This document shows, one piece after another, positions 1 to 9,486 of a stretch of 64,000 nucleotides of DNA. Where the stretch lies: positions 1,962,503 to 2,026,502 of the forward strand of contig OZ220716.1 in the NCBI GenBank assembly GCA_965116795.1, in the 5' to 3' direction. Source of the DNA: Gammaproteobacteria bacterium (GTDB lineage: Bacteria > Pseudomonadota > Gammaproteobacteria > JAJFKG01). Numbering within the stretch: position 1 is the stretch's first letter; each line of letters opens with the position of its first letter. Made by a program: the position numbers and the translations under genes. The notes below the pieces were generated by a model. That model searched no databases and was not told the origin of the DNA. It saw nothing but the letters and a program-made list of their open reading frames with translations.

Positions 1-1
1 C

Positions 2-538
2 GATGTATTACACATGATGGGAGCAAATATACGCATTGATAATATGCGTTATTATGCAGATGAACCGATCGCTGATATACAGGTTACTCATAGTCAATTA
101 ACAGGTATCACAATTCCAACTGATTGGGTATCATTACTCATCGATGAATTGCCAATCTTATTACTTGCTGCCAGTTGTGCAACTGGGCAAACTAGGTTAT
201 CTGGCGCAGCTGAATTACGCGTAAAAGAAAGTGATAGATTGCAGGCAATGGCATTGGGTTTACGCACATTAGGTGTATCATTGCAATTAATCGATGATGG
301 GATCATTATCGATGGTTTGGGTGAACGGCCATTAACCGGTGGCATAGTGAATAGTCAAGGTGATCATCGCATTGCAATGACATTGGCTATGGCAGCGTTA
401 CGCACTACCTCAGCAATTACCATTGTTGATTGCGACACGATTGCCACTTCGTTTCCACAGTTTGTTGCGACTGCTAATACGTTAGGTTTGGTCATTGAAG
501 CGCAGCAAAAGAGCAATATTTGTACGGAAGAAACATAA
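2..538 (+). CDS. aroA: 3-phosphoshikimate 1-carboxyvinyltransferase, C-terminal part (truncated by window edge)
   Basis: IDELP, LRVKESDR, GDHRIAM and TSFP motifs; directly upstream of cmk-rpsA. Confidence 0.97.
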   Translation, partial: DVLHMMGANIRIDNMRYYADEPIADIQVTHSQLTGITIPTDWVSLLIDELPILLLAASCATGQTRLSGAAELRVKESDRLQAMALGLRTLGVSLQLIDDGIIIDGLGERPLTGGIVNSQGDHRIAMTLAMAALRTTSAITIVDCDTIATSFPQFVATANTLGLVIEAQQKSNICTEET

Positions 539-1246
539 ATGCAGACACCGATACCGACTATTACCATTGATGGCCCAGGTGGTACTGGCAAAGGGACCAT
601 TTGTCGGTTATTAGCTAAGCAATTGAGCTGGCATATGTTAGATAGTGGGGTGTTATACCGTGCATTAGGGTACGTTGCCCTGACACAAGGGGTTAGTTTA
701 AGTGAAGAAGCCCAATTAACCGAGTTAGCCACCCAGTTAGCATTAACCTGTGATAGCAGTGCAGACCAGCAGCAAACCCATGTTTTTATTGATAAACAAG
801 AGGTCAGTCAACCATTGCGAATGCCAGAAGTGGCAAATGCAGCATCGCATGTTAGCGTTTACCCATCTGTGCGCCAAGCATTATTAGCTAGACAGCGTGC
901 TTTCTTAAAACCGCCGGGATTAGTCACAGATGGGCGTGATATGGGTACAGTGGTTTTCCCGGATGCCGTGCTGAAATTGTACCTGGATGCAAGCATTGAG
1001 GTGCGCGCGCAAAGACGACTTAATCAGTTGAAAGAACAAGGGATCGATGCTAGTCTTGGCGACCTTGTGGCTGAAATTAGTGCACGTGATATGCGTGATA
1101 AAACTCGCGCTGTTGCGCCACTGGTACCAGCTCAAGATGCGTTATGTATTGATACCTCAACGTTAACCATACAAGCAGTAATGGATAAAATTAATACCAT
1201 TATTGCCGAGCATTTTCCATCGGGTATTGCTCACGGTAAACAGTAG
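539..1246 (+). CDS. cmk: cytidylate kinase
   Basis: ITIDGPGGTGKGT P-loop, LDSGVLYR, DGRDMGTVVFPDA. Confidence 0.98.
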   Translation: MQTPIPTITIDGPGGTGKGTICRLLAKQLSWHMLDSGVLYRALGYVALTQGVSLSEEAQLTELATQLALTCDSSADQQQTHVFIDKQEVSQPLRMPEVANAASHVSVYPSVRQALLARQRAFLKPPGLVTDGRDMGTVVFPDAVLKLYLDASIEVRAQRRLNQLKEQGIDASLGDLVAEISARDMRDKTRAVAPLVPAQDALCIDTSTLTIQAVMDKINTIIAEHFPSGIAHGKQ

Positions 1247-1383
1247 TTGTTAATGCATAATGTTTAGAATGGGGATTACAGCTTAAATAAGCTTGTAGTT
1301 GAAGTTAAATAGTAAACATGCAAGTTATGTTGTTGATTTGCATCATTAAACATATGGGTGGTGAGCTACCCGCGGAATATATT

Positions 1384-3120
1384 ATGACAGAGAGTTTTGC
1401 AGAATTATTTGAAACCAGTTTTGCGCATAACATGCGTTCAGGCGATATTGTTAAAGGTAAAATTGTTGATATCAACAATGATTGGGTCACGGTAACAACC
1501 AATGCGATTAAATCAGAAGGGTTAGTCCCACTTGATCAATTTCGCGATAATGATGGTACATTGGCCATTGCTATTGGTGATGAAGTTGTTGTGGCGATTG
1601 AATCATTTGAAGATGGTTTTGGTGAAACACGTATGTCACGTGAGCGCGCAAAGCGTGCTGAAGCCTGGGAAGAGTTGCAACAAGCCAATGCCAATAATAA
1701 CACGGTTGTTGGTATGATCAGTGGCAAAGTTAAAGGTGGTTTCACTGTAGAATTAAACGGAGTGCGTGCCTTTTTACCCGGATCGTTAATTGATGTGCGT
1801 CCAGTGCGTGATACCAGTTACCTTGAAGGTAAAGAACTTGAATTTAAAGTCATTAAATTGGATCGCAAACGCAATAACGTTGTAGTGTCGCGTCGTTCAG
1901 TGATGGAAAAAGAAAATTCAGCTGAACGGGCTGCCTTGCTCGAAAACCTTGAAGAAGGTCAAGAAATCAAAGGTATTGTGAAAAACTTGACAGACTATGG
2001 TGCCTTTATCGATTTAGGTGGTATTGACGGTTTGTTACATATTACTGATATGTCATGGAAGCGGATTAAACATCCTAGTGAAGTAATTAGTGTTGGCGAA
2101 GAAATGCTAGTTAAAGTATTGCGTTTCGATAAAGAACGTTCGCGAGTGTCATTAGGGTTGAAACAATTAGGGAATGATCCGTGGGAAGCGGTGATCCAGC
2201 AGTATCCAGTGGGTTCACAGTTATCAGGCACCGTCACCAATGTCACCGATTATGGTTGTTTTGTTGAAATTGCAGACGGAATAGAAGGGTTGGTACACAT
2301 GTCAGAAATGGATTGGACCAACAAGAATATTCATCCTAGCAAAGTCGTGCAACTTGGCATGGACGTTAACGTTAAGGTATTGGAGATTGATCAAGAGCGT
2401 CGGCGTATCTCATTAGGATTAAAACAGTGTCAAGAAAATCCTTGGAATGGGTTCGCTAGTCAACATGACGTGAATACCCGGATTAGTGGGACAATTAAAT
2501 CGATAACAGATTTTGGGATTTTTATCGGATTAGATGGTCATATTGATGGATTAGTACATTTATCTGATATTTCTTGGGATGAGCCAGGCGAACAAGCTGT
2601 GCGTCGTTATCAGCGTGGTCAAGAAGTTGAAGCGGTTATCTTAGCCATTGATGCCGAGCGTGAACGAATTTCATTAGGCATTAAACAGCTCAGTGAAGAT
2701 AGTTTTATCACGTATGTTGGTACCAATCCGAAGGGAAGCATTGTCACCGGTAAAGTCATCGAGGTTGATAATAAACAAGCCTTGATTGAATTAGCCGATG
2801 GTGTGATTGGTAAGTTACGTGCAGCGGAAATTGATCGTGAAAAAGTCGATGATGTGCGTACTGTATTAACTACTGGTGATGATGTTGAAGCGAAAGTCAT
2901 TAGTATCGATAAGAAAAATCGTACAATTAGCTTATCGATTAAAGCCAAAGACATGCAACAAGAAGCCAATGCGATTAAAGAATACGCTAATCAGGCTAAA
3001 GTAGCCGCTGTTGCTGCTGGCGCTAAATTAGGCGACTTGCTAAAAGAACAATTCAGTGGCGATAGCAAAGACGACAGTGATGATGAGTCAACATCAGCAG
3101 ATGATAAGAAGGACGAATAG
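1384..3120 (+). CDS. rpsA: 30S ribosomal protein S1
   Basis: Starts [10 protein letters not shown] (ATG 1384); repeated S1 domains ([18 protein letters not shown]). Confidence 0.98.
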   Translation: MTESFAELFETSFAHNMRSGDIVKGKIVDINNDWVTVTTNAIKSEGLVPLDQFRDNDGTLAIAIGDEVVVAIESFEDGFGETRMSRERAKRAEAWEELQQANANNNTVVGMISGKVKGGFTVELNGVRAFLPGSLIDVRPVRDTSYLEGKELEFKVIKLDRKRNNVVVSRRSVMEKENSAERAALLENLEEGQEIKGIVKNLTDYGAFIDLGGIDGLLHITDMSWKRIKHPSEVISVGEEMLVKVLRFDKERSRVSLGLKQLGNDPWEAVIQQYPVGSQLSGTVTNVTDYGCFVEIADGIEGLVHMSEMDWTNKNIHPSKVVQLGMDVNVKVLEIDQERRRISLGLKQCQENPWNGFASQHDVNTRISGTIKSITDFGIFIGLDGHIDGLVHLSDISWDEPGEQAVRRYQRGQEVEAVILAIDAERERISLGIKQLSEDSFITYVGTNPKGSIVTGKVIEVDNKQALIELADGVIGKLRAAEIDREKVDDVRTVLTTGDDVEAKVISIDKKNRTISLSIKAKDMQQEANAIKEYANQAKVAAVAAGAKLGDLLKEQFSGDSKDDSDDESTSADDKKDE

Positions 3121-3285
3121 TCCTTCAGCAGGCTAAAGCCATTATCACCGGTAATAGGGGCATGCTATGATTTATGGTGTGCCCTATGTTCAGTAATAAC
3201 TACTCAGCCCGTTTTTACATTACTGAAAAACGTCAGGTTTGAGTGGGGTTTGCTGGAACCTGAGTAATTACAATCATCAGAGGTC

Positions 3286-3582
3286 ATGTCTATGCGCGCT
3301 ATCACAACTAGTTTTCTAGTGATTGTTATTTTACTTGGAATTACCTTTGCCTGTTTAAATGCAACGCCGGTTGAAATTAATTATTATATTGGTGTGCATT
3401 ATCTTCCTTTATCACTACTATTAACCCTTAGCCTAACATTAGGTGCACTGATTGGTTTTTTCATTGGATTAATGATGTATTGTCGAGTGAAGCGTAAGAA
3501 TCGCCATTTGCGTAAACGTCTTAATTTAGTTGAGAAAGAAATTGCAAATATTCGTTCGTTGCCATTGCAGGAAAATCGTTAG
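3286..3582 (+). CDS. lapA: lipopolysaccharide assembly protein A
   Basis: Two TM segments plus basic coiled tail; overlaps lapB start. Confidence 0.88.
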   Translation: MSMRAITTSFLVIVILLGITFACLNATPVEINYYIGVHYLPLSLLLTLSLTLGALIGFFIGLMMYCRVKRKNRHLRKRLNLVEKEIANIRSLPLQENR

Positions 3583-4760
3583 TGTTAATTACCAATCTTG
3601 CCTTATTAATGTTACCCATTGCTGCTGCCTCAGGTTGGTATGCATCGCGCTTGGGGCAAAGTAAGCCACGTCGCCGCTCAAGCAGTAGTGCTAAATTACC
3701 GCATGATTATTTCGTAGGATTAAATTTTCTTGTCAATGAACAGCCGGATAAAGCGGTTGATGTGTTTGTTAAATTATTAGAAGTAGACAGTGAAACGGTT
3801 GAAACACATTTAGCTTTAGGTAGTTTATTTCGTCGTCGTGGTGAAGTGGAGCGTGCTACTCGTATTCACCAAAATTTAATTGCACGTCCTAACTTAAGTC
3901 GGGAAATGCGCATACAATCCTTATTAGCATTAGGTCAAGACTATTTAGCAGCGGGTGTATTTGATAGGGCGGAGCGAATCTTTCAAGAAGTGGTTGCGTC
4001 TGGTGAATATGTATCATCTAGCTTAGAGTATTTGTTGGATATCTATCAATTACAGCGCAACTGGCATCAAGCGATCGAGACGGCGCAACGCCTTGAAGCT
4101 ACAACCAATCAATCTATGGCAGTGTCTGTTGCCCAGTATTATTGTGAATTAGCCAATTATCAGATAACTGCAGGTGATCATGAACAAGCATACCGTTATT
4201 TACGTAAAGCATTAGCCATCGATAAATTGTGCGCACGTGCAAGTATGTCGTTAGGTGAGCTGGAAGCCCGTAATCAACGCCTTAAAGTAGCCATACGTTA
4301 TTTTAAACAAGTTGTGGATCAAGATCCGGATTATTTAAGTGAAATAGTATTACCATTAGAGCGTTGCTATGTTGCATTAACCAATAAAGATGAGTTTATG
4401 CAGTATTTACATACGTGTTTGGCGAATCATCCACGTATTTCAATCGTATTATTACTGGCTGATCGCATTGGTGAACAACAAGGGCATCGTGCTGCCGCCA
4501 ACTTTATTGCAACACAATTGCAACAACACCCTTCTATTCGCGGGTTACATCGTTTAATTCAGTTGCATTTACAACATGCCGATCCCAGTGCGCGTGATAA
4601 TTTACATGTATTAGAGCAGTTAACTGCAAAATTACTCGAAGATAAGCCGGTGTACCGCTGCGGTCAATGCGGCTTTTCCGCAAAAGCATTGCATTGGTTT
4701 TGTCCAGGTTGCCGTTCTTGGGCAACGGTTAAACCGATTCATGGTTTAGAGGGTGATTAA
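3582..4760 (+). CDS. lapB: lipopolysaccharide assembly protein B
   Basis: N-terminal TM, ETHLALGSLFRRRGE, TPRs, C-terminal rubredoxin-like CGQCG...CPGC. Confidence 0.96.
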   Translation: MLITNLALLMLPIAAASGWYASRLGQSKPRRRSSSSAKLPHDYFVGLNFLVNEQPDKAVDVFVKLLEVDSETVETHLALGSLFRRRGEVERATRIHQNLIARPNLSREMRIQSLLALGQDYLAAGVFDRAERIFQEVVASGEYVSSSLEYLLDIYQLQRNWHQAIETAQRLEATTNQSMAVSVAQYYCELANYQITAGDHEQAYRYLRKALAIDKLCARASMSLGELEARNQRLKVAIRYFKQVVDQDPDYLSEIVLPLERCYVALTNKDEFMQYLHTCLANHPRISIVLLLADRIGEQQGHRAAANFIATQLQQHPSIRGLHRLIQLHLQHADPSARDNLHVLEQLTAKLLEDKPVYRCGQCGFSAKALHWFCPGCRSWATVKPIHGLEGD

Positions 4761-4763
4761 TCC

Positions 4764-5480
4764 ATGCAATATCATACAGATGATCCGCGTTTAATTATCG
4801 CATTGGATTATGCCAATGCGGCTGATGCATTGGCTTTTCTCGATCACTGCACACCAACTCAGTGTCGAGTTAAGGTAGGCCATGAATTGTTTACCCAAAC
4901 GGGGATCAGGTTAATTGAAACAATTCGTGCCCGCGGGTTTGATATCTTTCTTGATTTAAAATATCACGATATTCCCAATACCGTAGCTGCTAGCGTGTTG
5001 CGCGCTGCTGAATTAGGTATATGGATGGTGAATGTGCATTGTTTAGGTGGTAGTGCCATGTTAACTGCAGCACGTCATGCGATAGATAGCGTCAGCGGTA
5101 ACAAACCCTTATTAATTGGCGTGACTGTATTAACCAGTCATACACACACAACATTACAACAGTTAGGGTTAACCGGTAGTCTTGATGATAATGTCGAACG
5201 TCTTGCCAAATTGGCGAATGCTACTGGATTAGATGGTGTCGTGTGTTCAGCAATGGAAGCACCGTTATTGCGCCAAGCGTGTGGCAATGATTTTTGTTTG
5301 GTGACACCTGGGATCCGGTTTGCCAATGCAATTCAAGATGATCAACAGCGGGTAGTCACACCACAGGTAGCAATTGCAAATGGTGCGGATTATCTTGTGA
5401 TTGGACGCCCAATTACCCAAGCGCAACAGCCAGAGCACGTTATTCAACGCGTTATCGATGAGATTGCTGACTGTGTTTAA
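4764..5480 (+). CDS. pyrF: orotidine-5'-phosphate decarboxylase
   Basis: IIALD, FLDLKYHDIPNTV, VTPGIR, VIGRPIT. Confidence 0.98.
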   Translation: MQYHTDDPRLIIALDYANAADALAFLDHCTPTQCRVKVGHELFTQTGIRLIETIRARGFDIFLDLKYHDIPNTVAASVLRAAELGIWMVNVHCLGGSAMLTAARHAIDSVSGNKPLLIGVTVLTSHTHTTLQQLGLTGSLDDNVERLAKLANATGLDGVVCSAMEAPLLRQACGNDFCLVTPGIRFANAIQDDQQRVVTPQVAIANGADYLVIGRPITQAQQPEHVIQRVIDEIADCV

Positions 5481-5550
5481 CCCCAGTTTGGGATTTTAAT
5501 ACGGCAACAGCAATGTCATCTACTTAATTGCAATAGTATACATACCCAAC

Positions 5551-5734
5551 CTCAAAGCGTTTTGAATTTAGGCGAGGCGGCAACCCTGGATAATCTCCGA
5601 TTTCCAGGGCAAGGCTGCTCTTCGAACAAAAGGAGTGTATTGAAATACATGACTTTTGTACAAAGACTTTCCCCGGACTTGATCCGGGGTCAGCGCAGCC
5701 AACAAAGTCCTAAATTTAAAACGCGAAGAGTATA
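5551..5734 (+). repeat. ERIC/IRU-like palindromic element carrying two nested hairpin insertions
   Basis: Aligns with copies at 9334-9459 and 15650-15777 (GAGGCGGCAA, AGGAGTGTA...ATACATGACT, GCCAACAAAG, GAGTATA end); extra hairpins near 5584-5609 and 5671-5691. Confidence 0.85.
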
Positions 5735-5894
5735 ATTATGCTTAATTCCTGAATTACTTACGTCATCAATAAATTACTTGATCATTAATCGTATTTCAGG
5801 TTTAATTAATTTGTCTGTTAATTAACGAAAGTCATGTCCAGTGTCCCTAACTTTCTTGCTCCGTCTTTTAGTCAGTATTTTAAAGGAGTGATCA

Positions 5895-6203
5895 ATGAAA
5901 GGGATCAAACAATCTATAATCGTCATGCTGGTGATGAGTGTCATGTTGGGCAGTGTCTCAATTGCCGATGCCAAAGCACCTAGCAAAAAGTCAGCAGCTG
6001 CAATCAGCCAACCCGTTAACATCAATACAGCTGATGCCAAGGCATTAGCGGCATTGCCTGGGATCAGTACTAACCGTGCTAACGCGATTATCGCTTATCG
6101 TGAACAACACGGCGCATTTAAAACAGTGGATGATTTGGCTAATGTACATGGGATCAGCCATCGCTATGTCGAAAAGCATAAACAACATTTGAATGTAGGA
6201 TAA
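5895..6203 (+). CDS. comEA: competence DNA-binding protein ComEA (helix-hairpin-helix)
   Basis: Signal peptide, VNINTAD, LPGIS..RANAIIAYREQHGAFKTVDDL; AAGGAG RBS. Confidence 0.92.
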   Translation: MKGIKQSIIVMLVMSVMLGSVSIADAKAPSKKSAAAISQPVNINTADAKALAALPGISTNRANAIIAYREQHGAFKTVDDLANVHGISHRYVEKHKQHLNVG

Positions 6204-6301
6204 TATTGTATTATCTGTTCATTATCCTGCGATCTTTTTTTCTGTGCCGGGGTTGAACCATAGGTTTTTACCTTAGTAATACAACTGCTTCCTCTCTACG
6301 T

Positions 6302-6420
6302 CCGTCACCCCGCGACTTGATCGCGGGGTCCAGGGAATCGTGTATATTATTCTGATATTCACTGTTGTTTATCCATAAGCTTTGTCCCCTGGATTCCACG
6401 GTTAAACCATGGGGTGACAG
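6302..6420. repeat. inverted REP-like doublet (Rickettsia RPE-4-like)
   Basis: GTCACCCCGCGACTTGATCGCGGGGTCCAG ... CTGGATTCCACGGTTAAACCATGGGGTGAC; related doublet at 47138-47262. Confidence 0.8.
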
Positions 6421-6697
6421 ATTATCAGTGAGAAACCATCTATTAATATCCCTCCGAAACCGGGGCTAATAAAAGAGCTCTTCGAAAAATCATGGGTTTA
6501 GCAAAAAACATCAGTGAACGGTTTGGAACGCATGTCTAATTTCTTTCTTATTTAACCTATTGTTTTTTCGATAGTTAATTTCTGAGTTGAGCCTTTTTAT
6601 AGCAAAGAAGTTGCGTTAAATTTATACAATAGTGTAATATGCTCACTTTTTAATCAAAGAGTGCTGCAAAATTATATATAACAAGGTGGGCAATGTG

Positions 6698-8014
6698 ATG
6701 AGAAATAAGCAACAAAATAAATCTGAGATAAAACCAGTAGTTAGTTCATCGAGTGTTGATGGCAAAGCACTTTGAGAGCAAGGATATGAATTTGAGAAAC
6801 AAGGAAATCACCAACAAGCGTTCGATTGTTTTAAAAAAAGTGCTGAGAAGGGAAATACGGCTGCACTAAATGACATAGGTGTGATGTATGAGAATGGCCT
6901 AGGAGTTAAACAGAATTTTGTGGAAGCGCTCCAGTGGTTTGAAAAAAGTGCCGAGAGAGGAAATACAACGGCGCAGCTTAACTTAGGTATGATGTATAAG
7001 AAAGGCCTAGGAGTTAAACAGAATTTTGAGAAAGCGTTCCAGTGGTTTGAAAAAAGTGCCAAGGGAGGAAATACAATAGCGCAGCTTAACTTAGGTGTAA
7101 TGTATGAGAAAGGCCTAGTAGTTGAGAAGAATGTTAAGAAAGCGTTCTATTGGTATCAAGAAAGTGCTGGGCAGGGAAATATGAAAGCGCAATATAATTT
7201 AGGCCTGATATTTTATAGAGGCCTAGGAGTTGAGAAGAATTTTGAGAAGGCTTTCCAGTGGTTTGAGAAAGGTGCCGAGCAGGGACTTAGGGATGCGCAG
7301 TTTAACGTAGGCATCATGTATGAGAATGGCCTAGGCGTTGAGAAGAATATTGAGCAAGCACTCTATTGGTATAAAAAAAGTGTCAAACAAGGATATGAGC
7401 GGGCGTTCAATGGCCTATTTGACGTCGCTATTGGTAAGTCATCTGGTAATACTGAAGATAGACTTCAAGCTCAAACTGCGTTAGCAGAAGTGTATATGAC
7501 TGCCCCTAAAGAGCATGTTATCAAATATTATAATAAAGCTATTAAGGAAAATTGTCCGTTTGCGTGTATTGCTGCAGGGGTTTTGTCTTCGCAAGGTAAA
7601 TTAAAATGTTCTGTAAATACTAATCAGCTATTTGAAAAAGCAGACACATTAAAGCAGTATGCTACATCAGATGTCTATGGTGGATTGATTGAGTATTTAA
7701 AAGGAGTTGTTGAGTCTGATACATATGCAGAATCTATTCGTTCTGATGCCCGTTTGATATTAGCAGTAGCGTATTCTAAAAAATTATTCGGATTGGTTGA
7801 AGATGATTTCATTCAGAAGATAAGACCAGAAGTTGTTGCTGAACAAGATCAACCTTCTCAAGAGAGCAGCCAGCTTCCTCAAGTGGAGCAACCAGTTGAA
7901 TGTAGAAGAACATCATTTGGGTATGGTTCATTCTTCACTTTTGGTAAGCAACCAAATTTGTCACGGGCAAGTAATGATGAATGTGCTCTGTTGCTAGCAA
8001 GTTTGCAAGGCTAA
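6698..8014 (+). pseudogene. Sel1-like repeat (SLR/TPR) protein with in-frame TGA at codon 26; effector-like. Downstream ORF 6881-8014 is intact
   Basis: About 5 tandem 36-aa Sel1 repeats (AQLNLGMMY..GLGV.QNFEKAFQWFEKSA); ATG at 6698 is in frame and the repeat continues upstream of 6881; TGA at 6773-6775. Confidence 0.75.
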
Positions 8015-8036
8015 TTTATAGTTTATCCTCCAATCT

Positions 8037-8125
8037 GTCATTCCAGTCCGACTTCGCTTACAGCTACAGCCATATCACGGCTGACCACAGTGTAGCTGTA
8101 AGCGAAGTCATGGAGTGGAAACCAT
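8037..8125. repeat. nested palindrome: REP-like GTCATTCCAG..TGGAA shell enclosing a perfect 19-bp inverted repeat; possible bidirectional terminator
   Basis: GACTTCGCTTACAGCTACA (8050-8068) pairs with TGTAGCTGTAAGCGAAGTC (8091-8109); lies between convergent genes. Confidence 0.7.
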
Positions 8126-8139
8126 CTTTTTATTGTGTT

Positions 8140-9252
8140 TTATGTTTTAGGCAAAAAATCACGTAAACGCACTGGCACGCGCTTTCTGCCCCAATTACCA
8201 ACATTGCCGGAGAACACACCATGGCATCGCGTGCCGCAGTGAATGCAATGTCCATCTTGGGTTAATTGGTACTGACTGACTTGATGCCAATCGCGCACGA
8301 TCAATGGTTGATGACAGTATGTTGTGCCTCCTTCACTATCGTGAATATTACCGGTGTAAACATAATGTAATCCTTTATCTTGGGCAATCTTGCGTGCGTG
8401 ATGTAATGTGGCAGGTGGAGTAGGTGGTTTATCACGCATTTTCCAATCTGGATGAAATGCGGTGAAATGCAATGGCACAAACGGTCCAAGGTTATCTAAA
8501 ATCCAATCGGTCATTTGATGGATTTCAGCATCCGTATCATTTTCACCCGGAATCAATAAGGTCGTGAGTTCAAACCAGACATCGGTTTCCTGTTTTAAAT
8601 AACAAATGGTGTCTAATACTGCTTGCAAATGACTGCCGGTTAATTGATGGTAAAATGTTTCTGAAAATGCTTTTAAGTCAATATTAGCTGCATCCATGTA
8701 ACGGTAAAATTCAACGCGTGGCTCGGGATTGATGTAACCTGCGGTGACTGCTACGGTTTGAATGTCATACTGATGACAGGCTTTTGCCACATCGATCGCA
8801 TATTCCATAAAGATGACCGGATCGTTATACGTAAATGCCACACTTTTACAACCTAATTGGTGGGCAGCGATAGCAATGTTTTCTGGCATGGCACTGTCAG
8901 CGAGTTTATCGATGTCGCGAGATTTACTAATATCCCAATTTTGACAAAACTTGCATGCCAAGTTACAGCCGGCAGTACCAAATGACAGTACCGGTGTGCC
9001 TGGTAAGAAATGGTTTAGTGGTTTTTTTTCAATGGGATCGATACAGTAACCACTGGAACGGCCATACGTTGTTAATACAATTTGATTATCTTGGTTAGCT
9101 CTGACAAAGCATAAGCCACGTTGGCCTTCACGCAATTTACAATAACGTGGACAGACATCACACTGTATCCGCCCATCTGGCAGTGTATGCCAGTAATGTG
9201 TTGGAAATTGATCAGGTGGTTTTTGCATGTTCATTCCATTAATTATATACAT
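8140..9252 (-). CDS. amrS: AmmeMemoRadiSam system radical SAM enzyme (true start probably 9234 or 9228)
   Basis: CDVCPRYC, DPIEKKPL, GCNLACKFCQNW radical SAM CxxxCxxC; divergent from Memo/AMMECR1 gene. Confidence 0.93.
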   Translation of the reverse strand: MYIINGMNMQKPPDQFPTHYWHTLPDGRIQCDVCPRYCKLREGQRGLCFVRANQDNQIVLTTYGRSSGYCIDPIEKKPLNHFLPGTPVLSFGTAGCNLACKFCQNWDISKSRDIDKLADSAMPENIAIAAHQLGCKSVAFTYNDPVIFMEYAIDVAKACHQYDIQTVAVTAGYINPEPRVEFYRYMDAANIDLKAFSETFYHQLTGSHLQAVLDTICYLKQETDVWFELTTLLIPGENDTDAEIHQMTDWILDNLGPFVPLHFTAFHPDWKMRDKPPTPPATLHHARKIAQDKGLHYVYTGNIHDSEGGTTYCHQPLIVRDWHQVSQYQLTQDGHCIHCGTRCHGVFSGNVGNWGRKRVPVRLRDFLPKT

Positions 9253-9333
9253 TTTACTATACTGTGATATTCAAAGTGTTTAGAAATACGGCAAATAGAA
9301 ACGAGGATTCATTTAAGTTGCAACGAAGCATAA

Positions 9334-9459
9334 TAGACTCAAGCAATTGGATTGTAGACGAGGCAGCAAGCGATATTGCCACAGGAGTGTATATTGACAT
9401 ACATGACTGTGGCAATATCGCGAGCTAACAAAGCCTACAGTTCAAGTGCGCAGAGTATA
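9334..9459 (+). repeat. ERIC/IRU-like 126-bp palindromic element
   Basis: TAGACTC...GAGTATA termini; central GCGATATTGCCACAG/CTGTGGCAATATCGC stem around GGAGTGTAT..ATACATGA. Confidence 0.85.
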
Positions 9460-9486
9460 TGCACAGTATAACTTAGGATATCATTA

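Noticed and set aside
6773-6775. Genome-wide TGA recoding (Trp/Gly/Sec)
   Set aside because: msbA, the DUF692 gene, tnpA, fimV and others end in TGA at expected positions, and Trp is encoded by TGG throughout.
6881-7400. 108-bp periodic DNA repeats resembling an array or CRISPR
   Set aside because: They are in-frame 36-aa Sel1 coding repeats with no unique spacers and no cas genes.
7982-8014. CaaX prenylation motif (CALL) in the Sel1 protein
   Set aside because: Six more residues follow, so it is not C-terminal.
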